A stretch of DNA of 63,258 bases, the filler included, from Phoronis australis (Eukaryota; Animalia; Phoronida), in assembly GCA_002633005.1 (NCBI GenBank). It is 6 parts of 6 records of this genome, joined end to end, with 100 filler letters (N's around TTAATTAATTAA, not from the genome) between each part and the next. Parts side by side here need not be neighbours in the genome. Positions count along the whole stretch, not along the records: positions 48,283 to 61,369 come from NMRA01001224.1; 5 more parts are not named here. One strand, 5' to 3'. Shown here piece after piece: positions 48,201 through 61,367 of the stretch. A program made the translations under genes and the position numbers. Each line of letters opens with the position of its first letter. The first letter of the stretch is position 1. The notes under the pieces are model-generated. The model was not told the DNA's origin and ran no database searches. It saw only the letters and a list, made by a program, of their open reading frames with translations.

Positions 48201-51074
48201 NNNNNNNNNNNNNNNNNNNNNNNNNNTTAATTAATTAANNNNNNNNNNNNNNNNNNNNNNNNNNNNNNNNNNNNNNNNNNNNTCTCTCAGGGTAAAGGAA
48301 ACCACCAAGTGAGTATAAATTTGTCCGAACACCAAAAAGACTTTTGAGAAATATTGTGCTGTCCTTGACACTTTTAAATTCTTGAAACACTGCGTCCGTT
48401 CAACAACTGCAAAAACCAAACTGTTCTGTTCCATAATCAAGAAAATGATGCAAGACAAAATCCACATCTGTGTTTATGACACGATCGAGGAAATACACAT
48501 TTACATGAAATTGTATTTTCTGCTTAGGGAAGAAGAGAAAGAGGCGAAAGATGGAGAGAAAGAGTTTGAGAAGGAAGAATCAAGCTAGATGACTGATACC
48601 GTCGGGAATGAAGCAACGGCGTAAGTTCTGAGGTAGTTCACAATCAGGTTTAAGTTTGGTCTGCACGTCACCTGTTGGTCACATCAAAACCTAGGTGTCG
48701 TGCTGACCAGACTTAACCATGTTTGTGATCCATCTTTCCACTTCCACTCAAGATTTACATATTCTTACGCAGTTGGTCTAAGAAAATAGCCAGCTTTATA
48801 AAAGAGTTATGATCAGGAGGACTTCTCACGATCAACGTTATGCATGCACGTATTTAGGGCCATGTGATCCTTCACGCAAATTCGTAGTTTGGGACTTTTT
48901 TGAGTAGTTGACAAGGATCAAATCCTAAAAGAACACGCTGAACAATGGCTTATTCCGGGTAGTTAATCCTTACAAAACGACAAGTGTTGGACGTGTCATC
49001 CTATTAAACACCATCTGCAAAAGCGGAAAGCACTAACATGAAACAAAAGACACAGCAAATTCAACTCAAAGGTTGGTCGCCTTCAGTTTCTAGTTAAGTT
49101 GAGATTTGCCACGTACGCTTATTTGTAAACACTTGAGCAACTAATTCTTGCATGACAAAACCCATTATTGGATTCAAGCGCATGGCCACGTATTGTAGAA
49201 ACCTGGCGGAAAACTGAGTGTAACTTTAATAATTGATAACTTTTCGTGATTCACGTTGCATCAGTTTTTCGAGAACGTATTCTGAACACAATTCATACCC
49301 TTTGTGTCAGTAGATTCGCCCAGTGCCGTTGTCGAAGTTTTTAACTATCCACTGGAAAAACCGTACCAACACTTAAAGACTCGTGTAGCCTTAGGTAAGA
49401 AACTGGATGAAACCAAGTAAGCGGTGATGAATCCAGCCTTAGAATCAATCAGTGAACTCAATTTGGACCATGGTTTTATCTCGTGTATTTAAAACCACTT
49501 ATTCACCGTATTCGAAAGGGTTCCGTGCAATGAACTAAAACGATTCTTTTAAAAGATAGCTTCAAATGGGTCTTTGGGAATCCAGTTTACGCAATTGTGT
49601 CACCACTAATTTCTAGTAAGATAGTCATATTGAGGGAACACAGTTTACCCACACATTGACCACGAATAAAAATATGTTACGCCAACATTCTTTTGATCAA
49701 TCACTTGCTGATATGGACCAAACCTCTCAGCCGTGTTACCTCGCAAGTATATTTATTTACAAATAATCCAAGCTGTTTGAGATGAACTTCCGTTTGTATT
49801 CGTGGTGCATGTTAACTAGACGAGGAGGCGAAACATGTGTGTATTCAAGGGCGGGGGCAGGTTGTGACCAGAGCCTGTCTACTTTTGATTTTTTGTTTAT
49901 CAAAAGGTCGCAAATGCGTAAAATTACTCCATCGAGATACAGTGTTAACAGCGTGGACTACGTAAGAAACTGTTTATGAACAAACATACTTGAATTTTCA
50001 CAGGGTGCGAAGGACGACTGCTACGAAAGTTTATTGAAATCAACATAATATGTTCAAGCAGAGGACTTCCTTGTGGTCGTGAGTGACATCTATCGCCCAC
50101 TGTGGCAGCAACAACAGTGGAGTTGTTAACTGCAGCTGTTGCTGTGCTAAAGAAAAGTAAAATTCCCTCTACCGCTTCACATAGAAGAGGAGTCATTTCG
50201 CTTGTCATGCGTGTTGATGAATTTTCTTTCGTTGGATTTGTTTTGTAATACCATTCACTGTTTAGCAAATAAAGTATATAGCATGCATTAATTATGATCT
50301 CTTCATCACGCTTCCAGAATACTATATTTATCGACGCAAGGTAAACACTGTGGAACAATCGCTTTTAGCTCAGGATGTGAAATGCATACACTGAAACGCA
50401 ACTTAAGAATGATCCGCTAAAATCCCAGGATCCCTTTTACACAAGTTGGCCTGCTATTATTGCACGAATGAAAATAAATTAATTCATTTTAAGGAAATGC
50501 AATACTGAAGTAATATTAATGCGTTGTAAGTTCAACATCGGTTCCTCTCAGAATTATAAAATCACTAACAACAACAAAAACAACAGCAACAACGGCAACA
50601 ACAAGAATAATAATAACAAAAACACAATTGCAACTTGAAATGAGGGCACACCTCTTCAGGGATAAAGCTGTAAAAGTAGTTCCTCAACTTTACAGTCCTG
50701 AACAGTTTAGCTTAAGTAAGCATTTCGTGTCACTTGTCTTCATACTTGATGAAGAATTGCACCCACTAAGGATCAAGCTGGTGTTTTTTTTAAAATATTA
50801 TCGGACTTTAAGGTGATCTTACCTGTTCCTGTATTGGATAATATCATCCGGTCACGATCAACTTCTTACGAATAATGCAATTTGCCAAGAGCGCCCTCTC
50901 ACAGATACAACAGAAAATAAGACATGAGCAATACATAACGATCAATTACAACAGAGTTCAAAAAGTAAAAATTACGTGGAAATTGAAATGGCTATCAAAT
51001 ATACCAGAGGTGACAAAAGAATTTAATTAACTTTTGATTTTAAAATGAGTTCTGCTACACAATGAGTCTCAATA

Positions 51075-51225
51075 CAGGGGAGGATCCAGGATTTTGAGTT
51101 AGGAGGGACCAGGGCAGAGTATTAGTTGGGACTTTGCCCGTCAGAAACTCGCAGCACCCCTGAACTGCCAAATGGAATCTGGAAGAATTTTATGGGGGCC
51201 TTGCCCCCCCTTAAATCCGCCATTG
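51075..51225 (-). mobile_element. hAT-like MITE with 5-bp TSD caata (sister of 14208-14365)
   Basis: caata at 51070-51074 and 51226-51230; the body matches the reverse complement of the 14208 copy. Confidence 0.88.
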
Positions 51226-51327
51226 CAATACAAGTGTGACAAGTATGTTCCTTACTAAGAGTAGGAAGTGAGACCACGAAAGAACCATGGTTGAAATGGC
51301 CCCCACAACAAGGCAAGCTACCGGGAA

Positions 51328-51870
51328 TGGTGTGCGTTCAGTAACGCTAGGTCCTAGCAAAAACCTAGCCTAAGTCACGTGCTCTCATTTAAAATACACG
51401 GCAAGATCTCACGTAATCTCGCGAAGTATTGCTTATAAGCGAGATCCTATATTTACTGAACGGGAGCCTGAGCTCAAGCAATAACAAACTGTCTTTTAGA
51501 AAGCAACAAGGACAGGCCACTTGGAACCCGTGATTCTTATCGCCACCTACGGTAGCTTACCAGGAAGCACGTCTACTTCGCAGCAGGTGGTATGGGGGAG
51601 CATTTTGACTTAGTGAAAACACCCCTTGACACTGTTTGTGATTTGATGTGGTGCTTTTCAAGCAAAAGTAAAACCTTCTCGTCCTCTATTATCTAGTCCT
51701 ACGTGATCAGAAGCCAGCCTCCCGTTCAGTAACGCTAGGGTCTCGCTAAAAAGCAAGACTTCGTGAGATTACGTGAGATATGGCCATGTATTTTAAATTA
51801 GAACACTTGACTTTGGCTAGATTTTAGCTAGGTCCTAGCGTAGGTCATAGCCTTACTGAACGCACGCCAG
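51328..51870. mobile_element. Two inverted copies of a MITE of about 140-150 bp (51328-51470 and 51715-51870), each with CGTTCAGTAA...TTACTGAACG TIRs
   Basis: The copies align in reverse complement over their full length, with a spacer of about 245 bp. Confidence 0.8.
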
Positions 51871-51989
51871 GTTAGAAACTTGTACTTCAGAAGCCTCCCA
51901 TTCCACGGGTCGCAAAGCCTGGGTCAAATTTTAGTTGATGGGAGGTTTGTAGCTACATGGTGTTAGAAACTGAGATGGGAGATCCTACC

Positions 51990-52268
51990 CAGGGCTCTCT
52001 GTTTCATGAAACATGGCTTTAGACTTAATTTGGTCTTACATGTATGTACACTCCACAAATTATTTATAAAAAATAACAAAATATCATTTGAGAAAAAAAA
52101 TAAATTTTCTGAGAATGATATATACAAAACTTCAAGTTACTGAGATAGTTAGATCAAGAGTGCAATGTGCTCTTAAGCATTTGGCTAACTTTTCTTTCGG
52201 TTACAAGTAGACGAGAAAAAAAAAACAATTGTCTGCCTTAAGTCTTAAGTTCATGAAACAGAGCCCTG
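51990..52268. mobile_element. MITE with TIR CAGGGCTCT(CT)GTTTCATGAA...TTCATGAAACAGAGCCCTG (Harbinger/Tourist-like)
   Basis: About 19-bp TIRs plus inner ttagactta/taagtcttaa repeats; AT-rich non-coding interior. Confidence 0.75.
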
Positions 52269-53035
52269 TTTAAAAACACAATGTTTTACAACCCCGTTAC
52301 ATTGTCACGCCATCATAATTTGAGTATCTTATATCTGGAAATGTTGTACCTGAAATTATCTACATCACATTTTACATTTCGCTCTGTGCTTGCTTTTCTA
52401 CTGGCATCGTCACTCTTTATACGTAGACATAGTCATCAGCCCAAAGTACACCATTAAAAAGAAAAGAAAACAAGTGTAGTAATGTGATACTAGTCAACAA
52501 CACACAAATTCTGTTCCTTAAAGGCCTATGGTCCGAGTTATAGAAGAAAAAACCTCTTAACGCCGTTTAAGCCGGTTTTTTGATGTGACATGGAGTTCAA
52601 AAAGTTATTAACTTTCAACTGGTGCAAAAAGTTTGAAAAAAATCGTTGTAAATACTACAAACGAATGAAATGTTTACAAAGAATTTAGTATCCCGACCGC
52701 TAAACAGATTATAAACATTACAACAACGCATGCGCAGNAAGGGGTTGGGGGACGGGGGCTTCAACAGTATACCTCAAGTTGTACAACATTTGAAAGCAAC
52801 AAATAGTGTGAAAAGTGAAACATCTAAAATGACATCATCTGAAACTCACTTCTTTGAGGAATTTTACTTAAAATTTTAGAAAAGACTTTTTCAAGCACTT
52901 AAGTTAGATATATGCTAAGTCACTGTAACTCACCGAGTGATAAACGTCATGGTTACTGTGTCTGGATCCACGGTTTCCATGTTCTCGGCAGTGTGATGCA
53001 TATTCATATCCCAGGTCCACTCCCGAACTGTCAGA

Positions 53036-53502
53036 TGTGAGGAGCGCGATGACCATGGTAAAGAGGACAGCGACGATTACAAGGGTAATTATAGACATAG
53101 TTGAAGATATGGATTATGGGAATATTGATAAGGATGTTAATGTACATTGTAACACCAGTGATTGTGAAGGAGATGATGTCGACACCGATGAAAAAGATTG
53201 CGATAATGATAATGGTAAGGTGACGGCAAACGTACATGTACATGTATTAAAGGAATTGATGACGATGAGGATAACGGTGGTGATTATGACGATGTTGATG
53301 ATGATTATGACGATATTGGTGATGACATGCACTGTAACATCAGTGGTGACGCTAAAAATGACAGCGATGATGATATTGCTTATGATGACATGGGAAGTAA
53401 CCGTGACGTCAGAAACTGCAGTACTAGTGATTCTGTTTTGATGACTTTAATGTTGAAACTAACGATAACGTTTGACGGACGTATTGATGATGAGACTGAT
53501 GA
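53036..53502 (+). repeat. Degenerate (GAT/GAC)-rich low-complexity tract
   Basis: Scattered gatgat/gacgat triplets with frame breaks and stops. Confidence 0.7.
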
Positions 53503-56500
53503 ACTAATTAACCAGCTGCGTTGAATCCAATCTGGTCTGAGAAGAGTTAAAATCGCTGCCTTCCCTCGATACTTTGTGCTCGCAAGACAAAAAGAATCTG
53601 AAAAGATCCAGAAGTGAGACTGAAATTTTCGAAAAGAAGCGCGCCCTTGTAACTGAGGAAAGCGTGACTTCCATCTCAACTAAACAGTCAATGTATGAAT
53701 ACAAAATGTGGGCAGATTATGATGCAATGCTAAAGAATGGCTGAAACATCGACTAGCGATGATTCCTTATCGAGCGAAAGCAGTTTTTCGAGCAAAACTT
53801 TAACAAAAATTTCGCGACCATTTCCAGACAGATCATCTGAGAGCAGCCAATACGTTAGCAATGGAGATGACCTTGACCTTGAACAGGTACATTACCATAT
53901 TTATGGGATAGGTTACGAACGTAATTATACGGCGACACTCCCTCAATTTAATTAGCGCTCGTAATTACGAGCGTAATTTTACGGTCACACTTTCCCCTCA
54001 ACGGACCACCATAACATTTTGCTCATGACGTAGGCGTAGAGTAATGCCGAAAACATTAACACCGGAAAGCTTGGTAAAGTTTTTGCCCTTACGAGCGGAC
54101 TAATGCGTAAGGGGAACACACAACCTGGAAAATATGCCTCGACGCTCCTCCGGACATAAAGCTTGTCGTCATTTTTCTTGTCAGCCATGACCAATGTGTT
54201 AATTATTGTGAATAATAATTATATTACAGTGACCTAAAACCGATCCGTACAGAATAAATAACAGAAGAAAAAAAAATAACAATACAAGACGTTTTTTGAA
54301 TTTCATATTCGTATTGATACTTTGTTCACCCTGCACATAAACAACCCAGAACATAAGGTTATGGTCTCATATCTTCATATAAGGACACACTCGAATTTAA
54401 AACCCCAATCGGTGGTTTGCGAATTTGCAATCGTGGTTTGAGCAAATGCTTACAGAAAAAAATGTTGCCCCCCCCCTGTGATATCCTAGACCTGCCACTG
54501 GTTCAAGACCGGCTTTAAAACGATACGATGAAATTGAACAACTTTGTAGTCATAAAGATACATGATCGGCGTTTGTCTCCCAGGTGAAGTCGTTGAAGGC
54601 GTGAGGTCATCGCTAATCGAGTTTACTGTTCAACACAATACAGTCGATGACTTTTTAAAACCTTCTCCAGGTGAGAATAGCATTTTTAATGCTCTCCACA
54701 ACTGAACGCTACTCTCACGCTAACACTTACCCGCATTGTAGTACTGAAGAATGTATATTACAACAGCGATACACGTTTGCACACCGACACATCTATTCAA
54801 AGCAACTGAAATTAGTGATAACCTGTTTTACCACGAAGTCTATCGTGAAATTGTAATTCAAAATCTGCGAAAATGCCCTCTATTACAAACATGATAACGT
54901 ACATGGAAAGCCACTTATAACAATAAATCACCATTAGTGTGATCATAGACTATAGTACAAAGACCGTTGTCACGTAAAATTTCTTCACTCGGACTTTGCG
55001 CATGCGCAGATTGGCCAGGGTGGCATCCGTTTTTGACAGCATCAGATTCTGTGAAATATCAGGGCCATCCACTACGCTACAGCAAGACAGTTGAGTCGCT
55101 ATCTGCTACGTACACGAATATTCCAGACGTTTTTGCAAAGATATGCGTGATCGCAAGTACAGAAAATTTAGGGGGGTAATAATTCTTCAACTTTAGTTAT
55201 GTCGCGCAACATTTCTACTTAAGGTCCATTTCTTTTAAGGACCTAAAAAGAATTCTGGGCTTAGAAAACTCAATCATCTTTACACATGTATATAAATTGG
55301 CATGCACTGCGATAAATCCCTGAAGGACATGTTTAAACTGGATTGATAACCCGATGATAAGTAAGAAACATTGAATATGAAACCAAAATCTATGCAGTGA
55401 CATTAATGTCAAAAATAGTTAAGTGTGTAACTATAATATATACAGTACACACACATACACGTTTGTATAAAGAGTAGGCCCCTATGCCTACGTTTTAGCT
55501 AGGACCAATATATATTACTCCCAAGTTTAATGACGTGTCAGTTCCAGTCTCTATGGTACCAGCCAGAATAAAATCACATTCGGGTACCGTTGAATTATTT
55601 TCAGTTTGGACGAAAGTTGTGATCTTACGCAAAAGCCGTGACGTCATTACTCACTATCGACGCCTATCAGATAGCAAGATTTACTTCCGGCAAGTACGTC
55701 CTCTGCTAATCATGGTCATTTCGTCGGGATTTGGATCGGCGATTTTGCCAAATTCACACCCGTTTTTAAATAAACTGAACGCTCGTAAAACGTTAACATC
55801 TTAAATAAAGTTCATATTAATACTCCAGAAATAACCGCAAGGCCAGCCTCGTCTCCAAGCCTCAAGATGGCGTTGATCGTGGGTTCAATCATTTCGTCAG
55901 GATTGTGACACATTTTTACAGAAATCACCGGGATATTACGAGCAATGTAGTTTTGAATTTTTCTGCAGTTTGATATAAAAATGAAAACTTACTGCAAAAA
56001 TGATGTATTTTGATTCGAAAACAGGTTAATTTTTATAACACCACTAATAAAAAAGAATTGAAAATAATCACGTGAACAACCTTTATTTCAAACAATAACC
56101 AAAACGGTGCCTTCTGCTTCATGAATTGCAGCAACAACGCTTGTGAAAATAATAAGGATAACAACATAGTGCTTCCTTATGAAAGTCCTATTTTTGACAG
56201 ACCCTTATTCTGAAAACAAATCCCAACAGCATTTGGAGAACAGTGCACAAAGCACAGTACATGTATCTCATATTGTCACTTAACCCTGTTAAGAATGAGG
56301 AGAGTTTTATTTTCACTGTCAAAAAATCATCGCAAATGTTGGCTGTAATTGTTACCTGGCTGTGTCTAACGTGATATACATATTAAATTTGTCTGGTAGT
56401 GTTATGTTGAATACTTTGCATCAAATATTATGTGGATAACTCTTGGGTTGATCTAGGTCAATTTTGGTACTCAATTCTTTATCTGGCAGAGGCAACCCAA

Positions 56501-57206
56501 CACTAATATTGTCTGCTACGTAACTGCTGTGCCGTGTGAAGTGATCCTGGATGTTATAGATTCAACAGGTTATCTTGTGGATTGCGCTAGCTCAAGGAGG
56601 TTTGAGCGCGTTTAGAGAGGGTAATCCACCACTGAATTTCTCTGGGAGCGTTCACGATTAATTGGTTTCTGTTGAATAACTTGTAACCAGTGTCATGCCG
56701 TTATCTCTTGGGTTGATCTTGCTCAATTTTTGAATGCCATTGTAATGGCCCCCTGACCACGCCTACCTGAGCGATCCTGCCTGATGGTCATTTCCTAGCT
56801 ATCACTGTGTTACAAAAACTACCTTTCCATGCCCCAAAAAACCTCCGGGATCCCGGTCTTGATGCAATAATAAAGACACCCAGGGATAATGGAGCATAGA
56901 CCATAGGAGTTACATTCACATGGGGCATAATTCCAAACATATAAGATTACCCTGCAAAGTTTTTGTATGGAAAGGTAGGATTAAAGGTGTTTTCATTTTA
57001 TGAAGATCATACAGTTTTTTAAAGACATCTCCCAGGCAGCATGCTACTTTGGGATCATTGTCGGCCGTGCATCAGAGTTGTCAGATGGCCGTCATTTACT
57101 TTAGCGGTATTCAATATTGTTGGGGTTGGATTGGCTACATACATATAAGTTGGTGGTGAAACTGCTGCTCACAGTGTCGGCAGTCGAGTCACCATCGGTG
57201 CCATGG

Positions 57207-57407
57207 CATAGGCGTATTTAGGGGGGGGTGCAGGGTTCCCGCCCCCCTTGGCTGCTGCATGAAGCAAAATGAAACACCAACAAAGTGAAGCGTGAAGAAA
57301 TATTGAGGTCAATAAGTAGGAGCGGTAGCGTAGCGGATGAGGGGGGGGGGGCATTTCCCCTAGGCAACATGTTGGGCCCCCCTTATGTTTTCCTAGATCC
57401 GCCACTG
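57207..57407 (-). mobile_element. hAT-like MITE with 5-bp TSD catgg
   Basis: cataggcgtatttag ... ctagatccgccactg; catgg at 57202-57206 and 57408-57412. Confidence 0.8.
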
Positions 57408-60301
57408 CATGGTCATTGTCGTCTTCAGGTGCCATTTTAATTCTTTTTCCCGCGTTAAGTAGAGATGTAATTTTCAAGTCAATTAATATGTGGAAACGCA
57501 AAATACTCGTGAAAATTCGGTGTCACGCAAGTGTTCGTGACATATCGACATTTGATGCAAGCAAAGCAGGTGATCACATGAGCTTCTCTAGCGAGATTCT
57601 TGCCTCTGTGGAACTCAGCCCCGGGATGCCGGGCCAGAAAACTTCTTGAGATCTCTCGACTCCAGGTCATTTTTTCGAATTTACCTGGGTTCAGTAGTTC
57701 CAGCGAATGAAACAGCACCAAATAGGAACTCAACTATGTTCCCTAAACCAACTGCGTATTTGTGGGTTTGTGAAAACACTGATTGTCCTTAAATCTTATA
57801 ATGCTTAATCAGTCTTATTACTTGGTCTATTTTTGGCTTTGATGCCAATCGAGAGTCAAGTCTACGTTGAATTCTTAATATAATTGAAAATTGGTAGGAG
57901 TCTTATCATGCAACGTCCCAAATTTCAGATATAGGTCCCTAACTAATTTGACTAAATTAGGTGCTCAGTTACCAGTTATATTATTAAAAAATGTTGTGAG
58001 TCAAAGAAGAGCGCATGTCAAGACAAAATGGTCACATCTGGAAGAAAAGAACGAAACAAAAATGCAAAATATTTAGGGAACTTAGTTGAGACCCTATTCG
58101 GGACTATTTCTTGCAACCGAGGACTTGTGACCACGAGATTCACATGTATTTCACGTTATCTCGCTAAATCTTCCTCAATAATGCGTTTTCGCGAGGTTCT
58201 ACCTACGACCGAACCCTCGCCTGGTCCATGCAGCTCTGTTCACCTTTTTCAGAGCACGATCACTCCGGAAAAGGTTTCAAAAAGAGGCCTGAACCTAAAT
58301 AATCTCAAACCTATCGCGAGGCTTGTTTTTACAAAGGACATCGCGATGAATTCAATTATTGAGGTAATTACTAATTAAACGACTAACATGAACACTGTAT
58401 CACTGTATTTCTAAAATAAAGAATACTGTAGCCTCTCTTTCAACCAGTTCATTTCATAAGAAGAAAACTGTTTAAAAATTTCTTGGATTCGCCTCCGTAT
58501 GGTTAAAAGAATACCAAACCCTGCTTTGGTCTTTTATTAATTACATGTACAATAAATACGTGGGCATATATAATCAGCATATTTCAACGTTGAGTGAGAC
58601 AGCAGAATTTGATTTCTGACTTTCTATAAATCTTCCTTGAATCAGATCACGTGACTATGGGCTTTGGTTAAATTCAGCGAAAAAGAAAGCTACGTGCGTA
58701 CAACTATACAATGACCTAATTTTGTTAGACATAAATGTTCAGGATGAAATTTAAAAAATTCGGTTATTTTTCTAAGTTATCATTTCGTTTGTGTGTTATG
58801 TACATGTAAGAGTAAACGATTTCATACGAATCATAATTACTATTTTTGAAAGACCTTCATTCTATAAATAAGCCCTAACAGCATGTGATGAACAGTGACT
58901 CATTGTGTCACTTAACCCTGTTTAGTTCGAGGAGTTGAAGGTCGGAGAAAGAAAGTCTTTTTATAATAATTGGTTTAAAATGGAAATTGTATTGATGAAA
59001 GACTTGAAGTCCAAATGATTAAAGCAAATAACACGGATGTACCGATGCAAAATGTGTTGCATTTGAAGTTTCATGTTCCCCTGTTTATCTGGCTAAAATG
59101 AAAAATAGAATCAGACCTCTTAAGCTCATGAATTCGATCTCGTAATATCCGAAATTTATTTCAGTTAGCAGCAAGGACATCGAAATCAGTCAAAGACCCA
59201 AAATGCTTTACTGACAAAGCTTATTCGAAAATGCATTGTCTGTGACTTGAGCGACCGTTTCATTCGGCAACAATTCAAGAGCAGATGAACGTGGTCATGT
59301 TTTAAATCCCAAAGGGCTTTGATTATTGTTTGCTAAGTACTCAACAGTGACATCTGAACAGGGCAGAATGCACATATAAATGTGAGAAACTTTCTAATGT
59401 ATATTAGCAAGCAATAAAGAAATTTTTACAAGAAGCAAACATTTCGTACACAATTCACAAAATGATAAAAAATTACACTTAACACATTAATTAAAATATT
59501 TTGACATAGTAACGTTTGGTCATTACCCACAGTTCCCCTTGTTTCTGTAGTATATCCACAAGGTGTCGCTACTCAACGGCCTACAACTCAAATCGCTAAG
59601 TGACTAGAGATGAAACAAGACTGGAGAACACCCAATGAGTTTACCACTTTACAAACTCTTCCAAAAATCACAGTGTTCTATTTTTTCTATCTAAATAAAA
59701 CCCTGTTCAAATAATTGCACCGACTTTCCTCACGCTATGAACATGTCCTTCAAACAAGATTTCCTCAGCACAACTGATTTTATTTGCCTTCTTTCAGCCA
59801 CAGCTTCTATTGCGCGCCATGACGGAAACTAATTTTCAATGAATAGCTCAAGACTTGGGCTTTTGTTGACAAAAATCCTCTAAAAATTTTACCGATTTTT
59901 AAATATAAAGAGCTCACCTAGTCTCATTTATGTTCGGATTATGTTTTTCCATCGGTTTTCGTGTCCCAAAAATGATATACAAGCCTGGATGCTTACAAGC
60001 TTTCTATTTAGATATGTTCTGGTAGGAATCAGTAATGAATAGAGTCATTCAATTGATGACTAGCCCCCCCTAGTGAGAATGGAAAATGGACTGAACCAGT
60101 TGGGTTAACTAGTCGTGAAAATGGAGAAATTCAAAAGAGTTCTCCAAATCCATCCTTATCTCCTTTACCGTCAGCATGCTTAGAGTGTGCTGATTTCTCA
60201 ATGCTAATCAAGGTTCGAAAATTTCAAAAAATAAAGGTTCATGATCAGTTTGGAAGAGACAGGGCCATTAGAGCGCTCTACATTTGAAGAAAAACGTGAC
60301 G

Positions 60302-61367
60302 TCAAGAAGAATTCAATACTATATGACCATTTGGCATCATGTCCTTGCAAAAACAAAACTTTCTATCGTCGGGAGCATCATCTTTGACGCAGTGTGCAGT
60401 GTTTCCGTATTTATTAAGACGGCTAATGTCGGCTCTGTCCAAGTAGAAAATGTAATTGTCCAGGTTTTGTTTTACTGTTGCCTCGTAAAGACCGTCATTT
60501 GGGCTGGTTAAAATAGTTACTTGCAACAGCCGTAGTGTGGCGCGAGTGGTGTCACTGAGTTCCGGAACTAAGCCGTCTGCGTCGTACGTTTTTTTAAACG
60601 CCAACATGTTCTTTGTGTGCTGAAAAACAACAGCCGCACGAATTTCGCTGAGATCCAATTTTGAGCAGATGTTTCGCTTATAGTCTGTTACTTTATTAAT
60701 TTGATCAACCACCGCCTTCGAAGCCNTCTCGGAACAGACTAATACTCCTATCTGACAAAGTACCAACCGTCGGTCCGTCGAAGTTTAGGATGTCCAATAA
60801 AGTTGGATGTATGTCAAATGGCGTCGTCAGGCGCTCGGAGTTCTTTACCAAATTGTTGTACTCTTTTGCATGCTTGATTTTGAACCAGTCAGGAAGAACA
60901 AATGAAAAGAAGGGATTCCTCTCCTCTTGCTTGCCACGAATTGTTGATCGGAAGCCACTATATCTCAATCCGTGATCAGACATTACTATTAACATAGTCT
61001 TATTAAGTAGACCCGAGTCTTTATAGAACTGTAGGGTCTGTTGTAAGTAGTCGTCTCCGTATTGTAAAAGGTCATTGCCACCGTGACTCAGCTCGTTATG
61101 GAAGACAAAACCAAATTTCCGCCGGTTTGGATATGCGTTCACAAAGTCCTTTATCCAGTCAAGCACGACGCGTAGCCGCGAGCGATCGCCGATACACAGT
61201 GAAGATGTGCTCATGATGTTGTGAAATATTCTCATATAATGATGTGTTGGTTGTTGCTTGAATCCCGTCATGCGATAAGTGAATGTACCAATATCCGGTC
61301 TGTCTTCCGACCACGCTGTAGCGTACCCGTGATCTGAGAAATTCTTCCATACGAATGGGAACACGTC
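60302..61367 (-). CDS. DUF229-family protein (alkaline phosphatase/sulfatase-like fold), C-terminal part, 5'-truncated by the linker and broken at n60726
   Basis: Motifs PFVWK.F...GY.T...ED, F.Y...GF..QPT.HY.R, MSDHG.R....R.T..G..EER.P, L..N..RLTTPFDIH.TL, ISRLN.YG....C......KFCFC. Two ORFs (61364-60705, 60766-60302) switch frame at the n. Confidence 0.9.

Noticed and set aside
53037-53524. Asp-rich biomineralisation-type protein
   Set aside because: The acidic frame switches repeatedly and has stops, with no signal peptide or splice support; better explained as a degenerate GAT microsatellite.
56577-56630. Hairpin gtggattgc...gtaatccac as a pre-miRNA
   Set aside because: A large asymmetric internal loop and short stems do not fit a miRNA precursor.
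25118-61367. Functional cluster of BACE, HTD2, SLC22 and DUF229 with the uif-like gene
   Set aside because: Each lies in a different linker-separated block, so the adjacency cannot be trusted.
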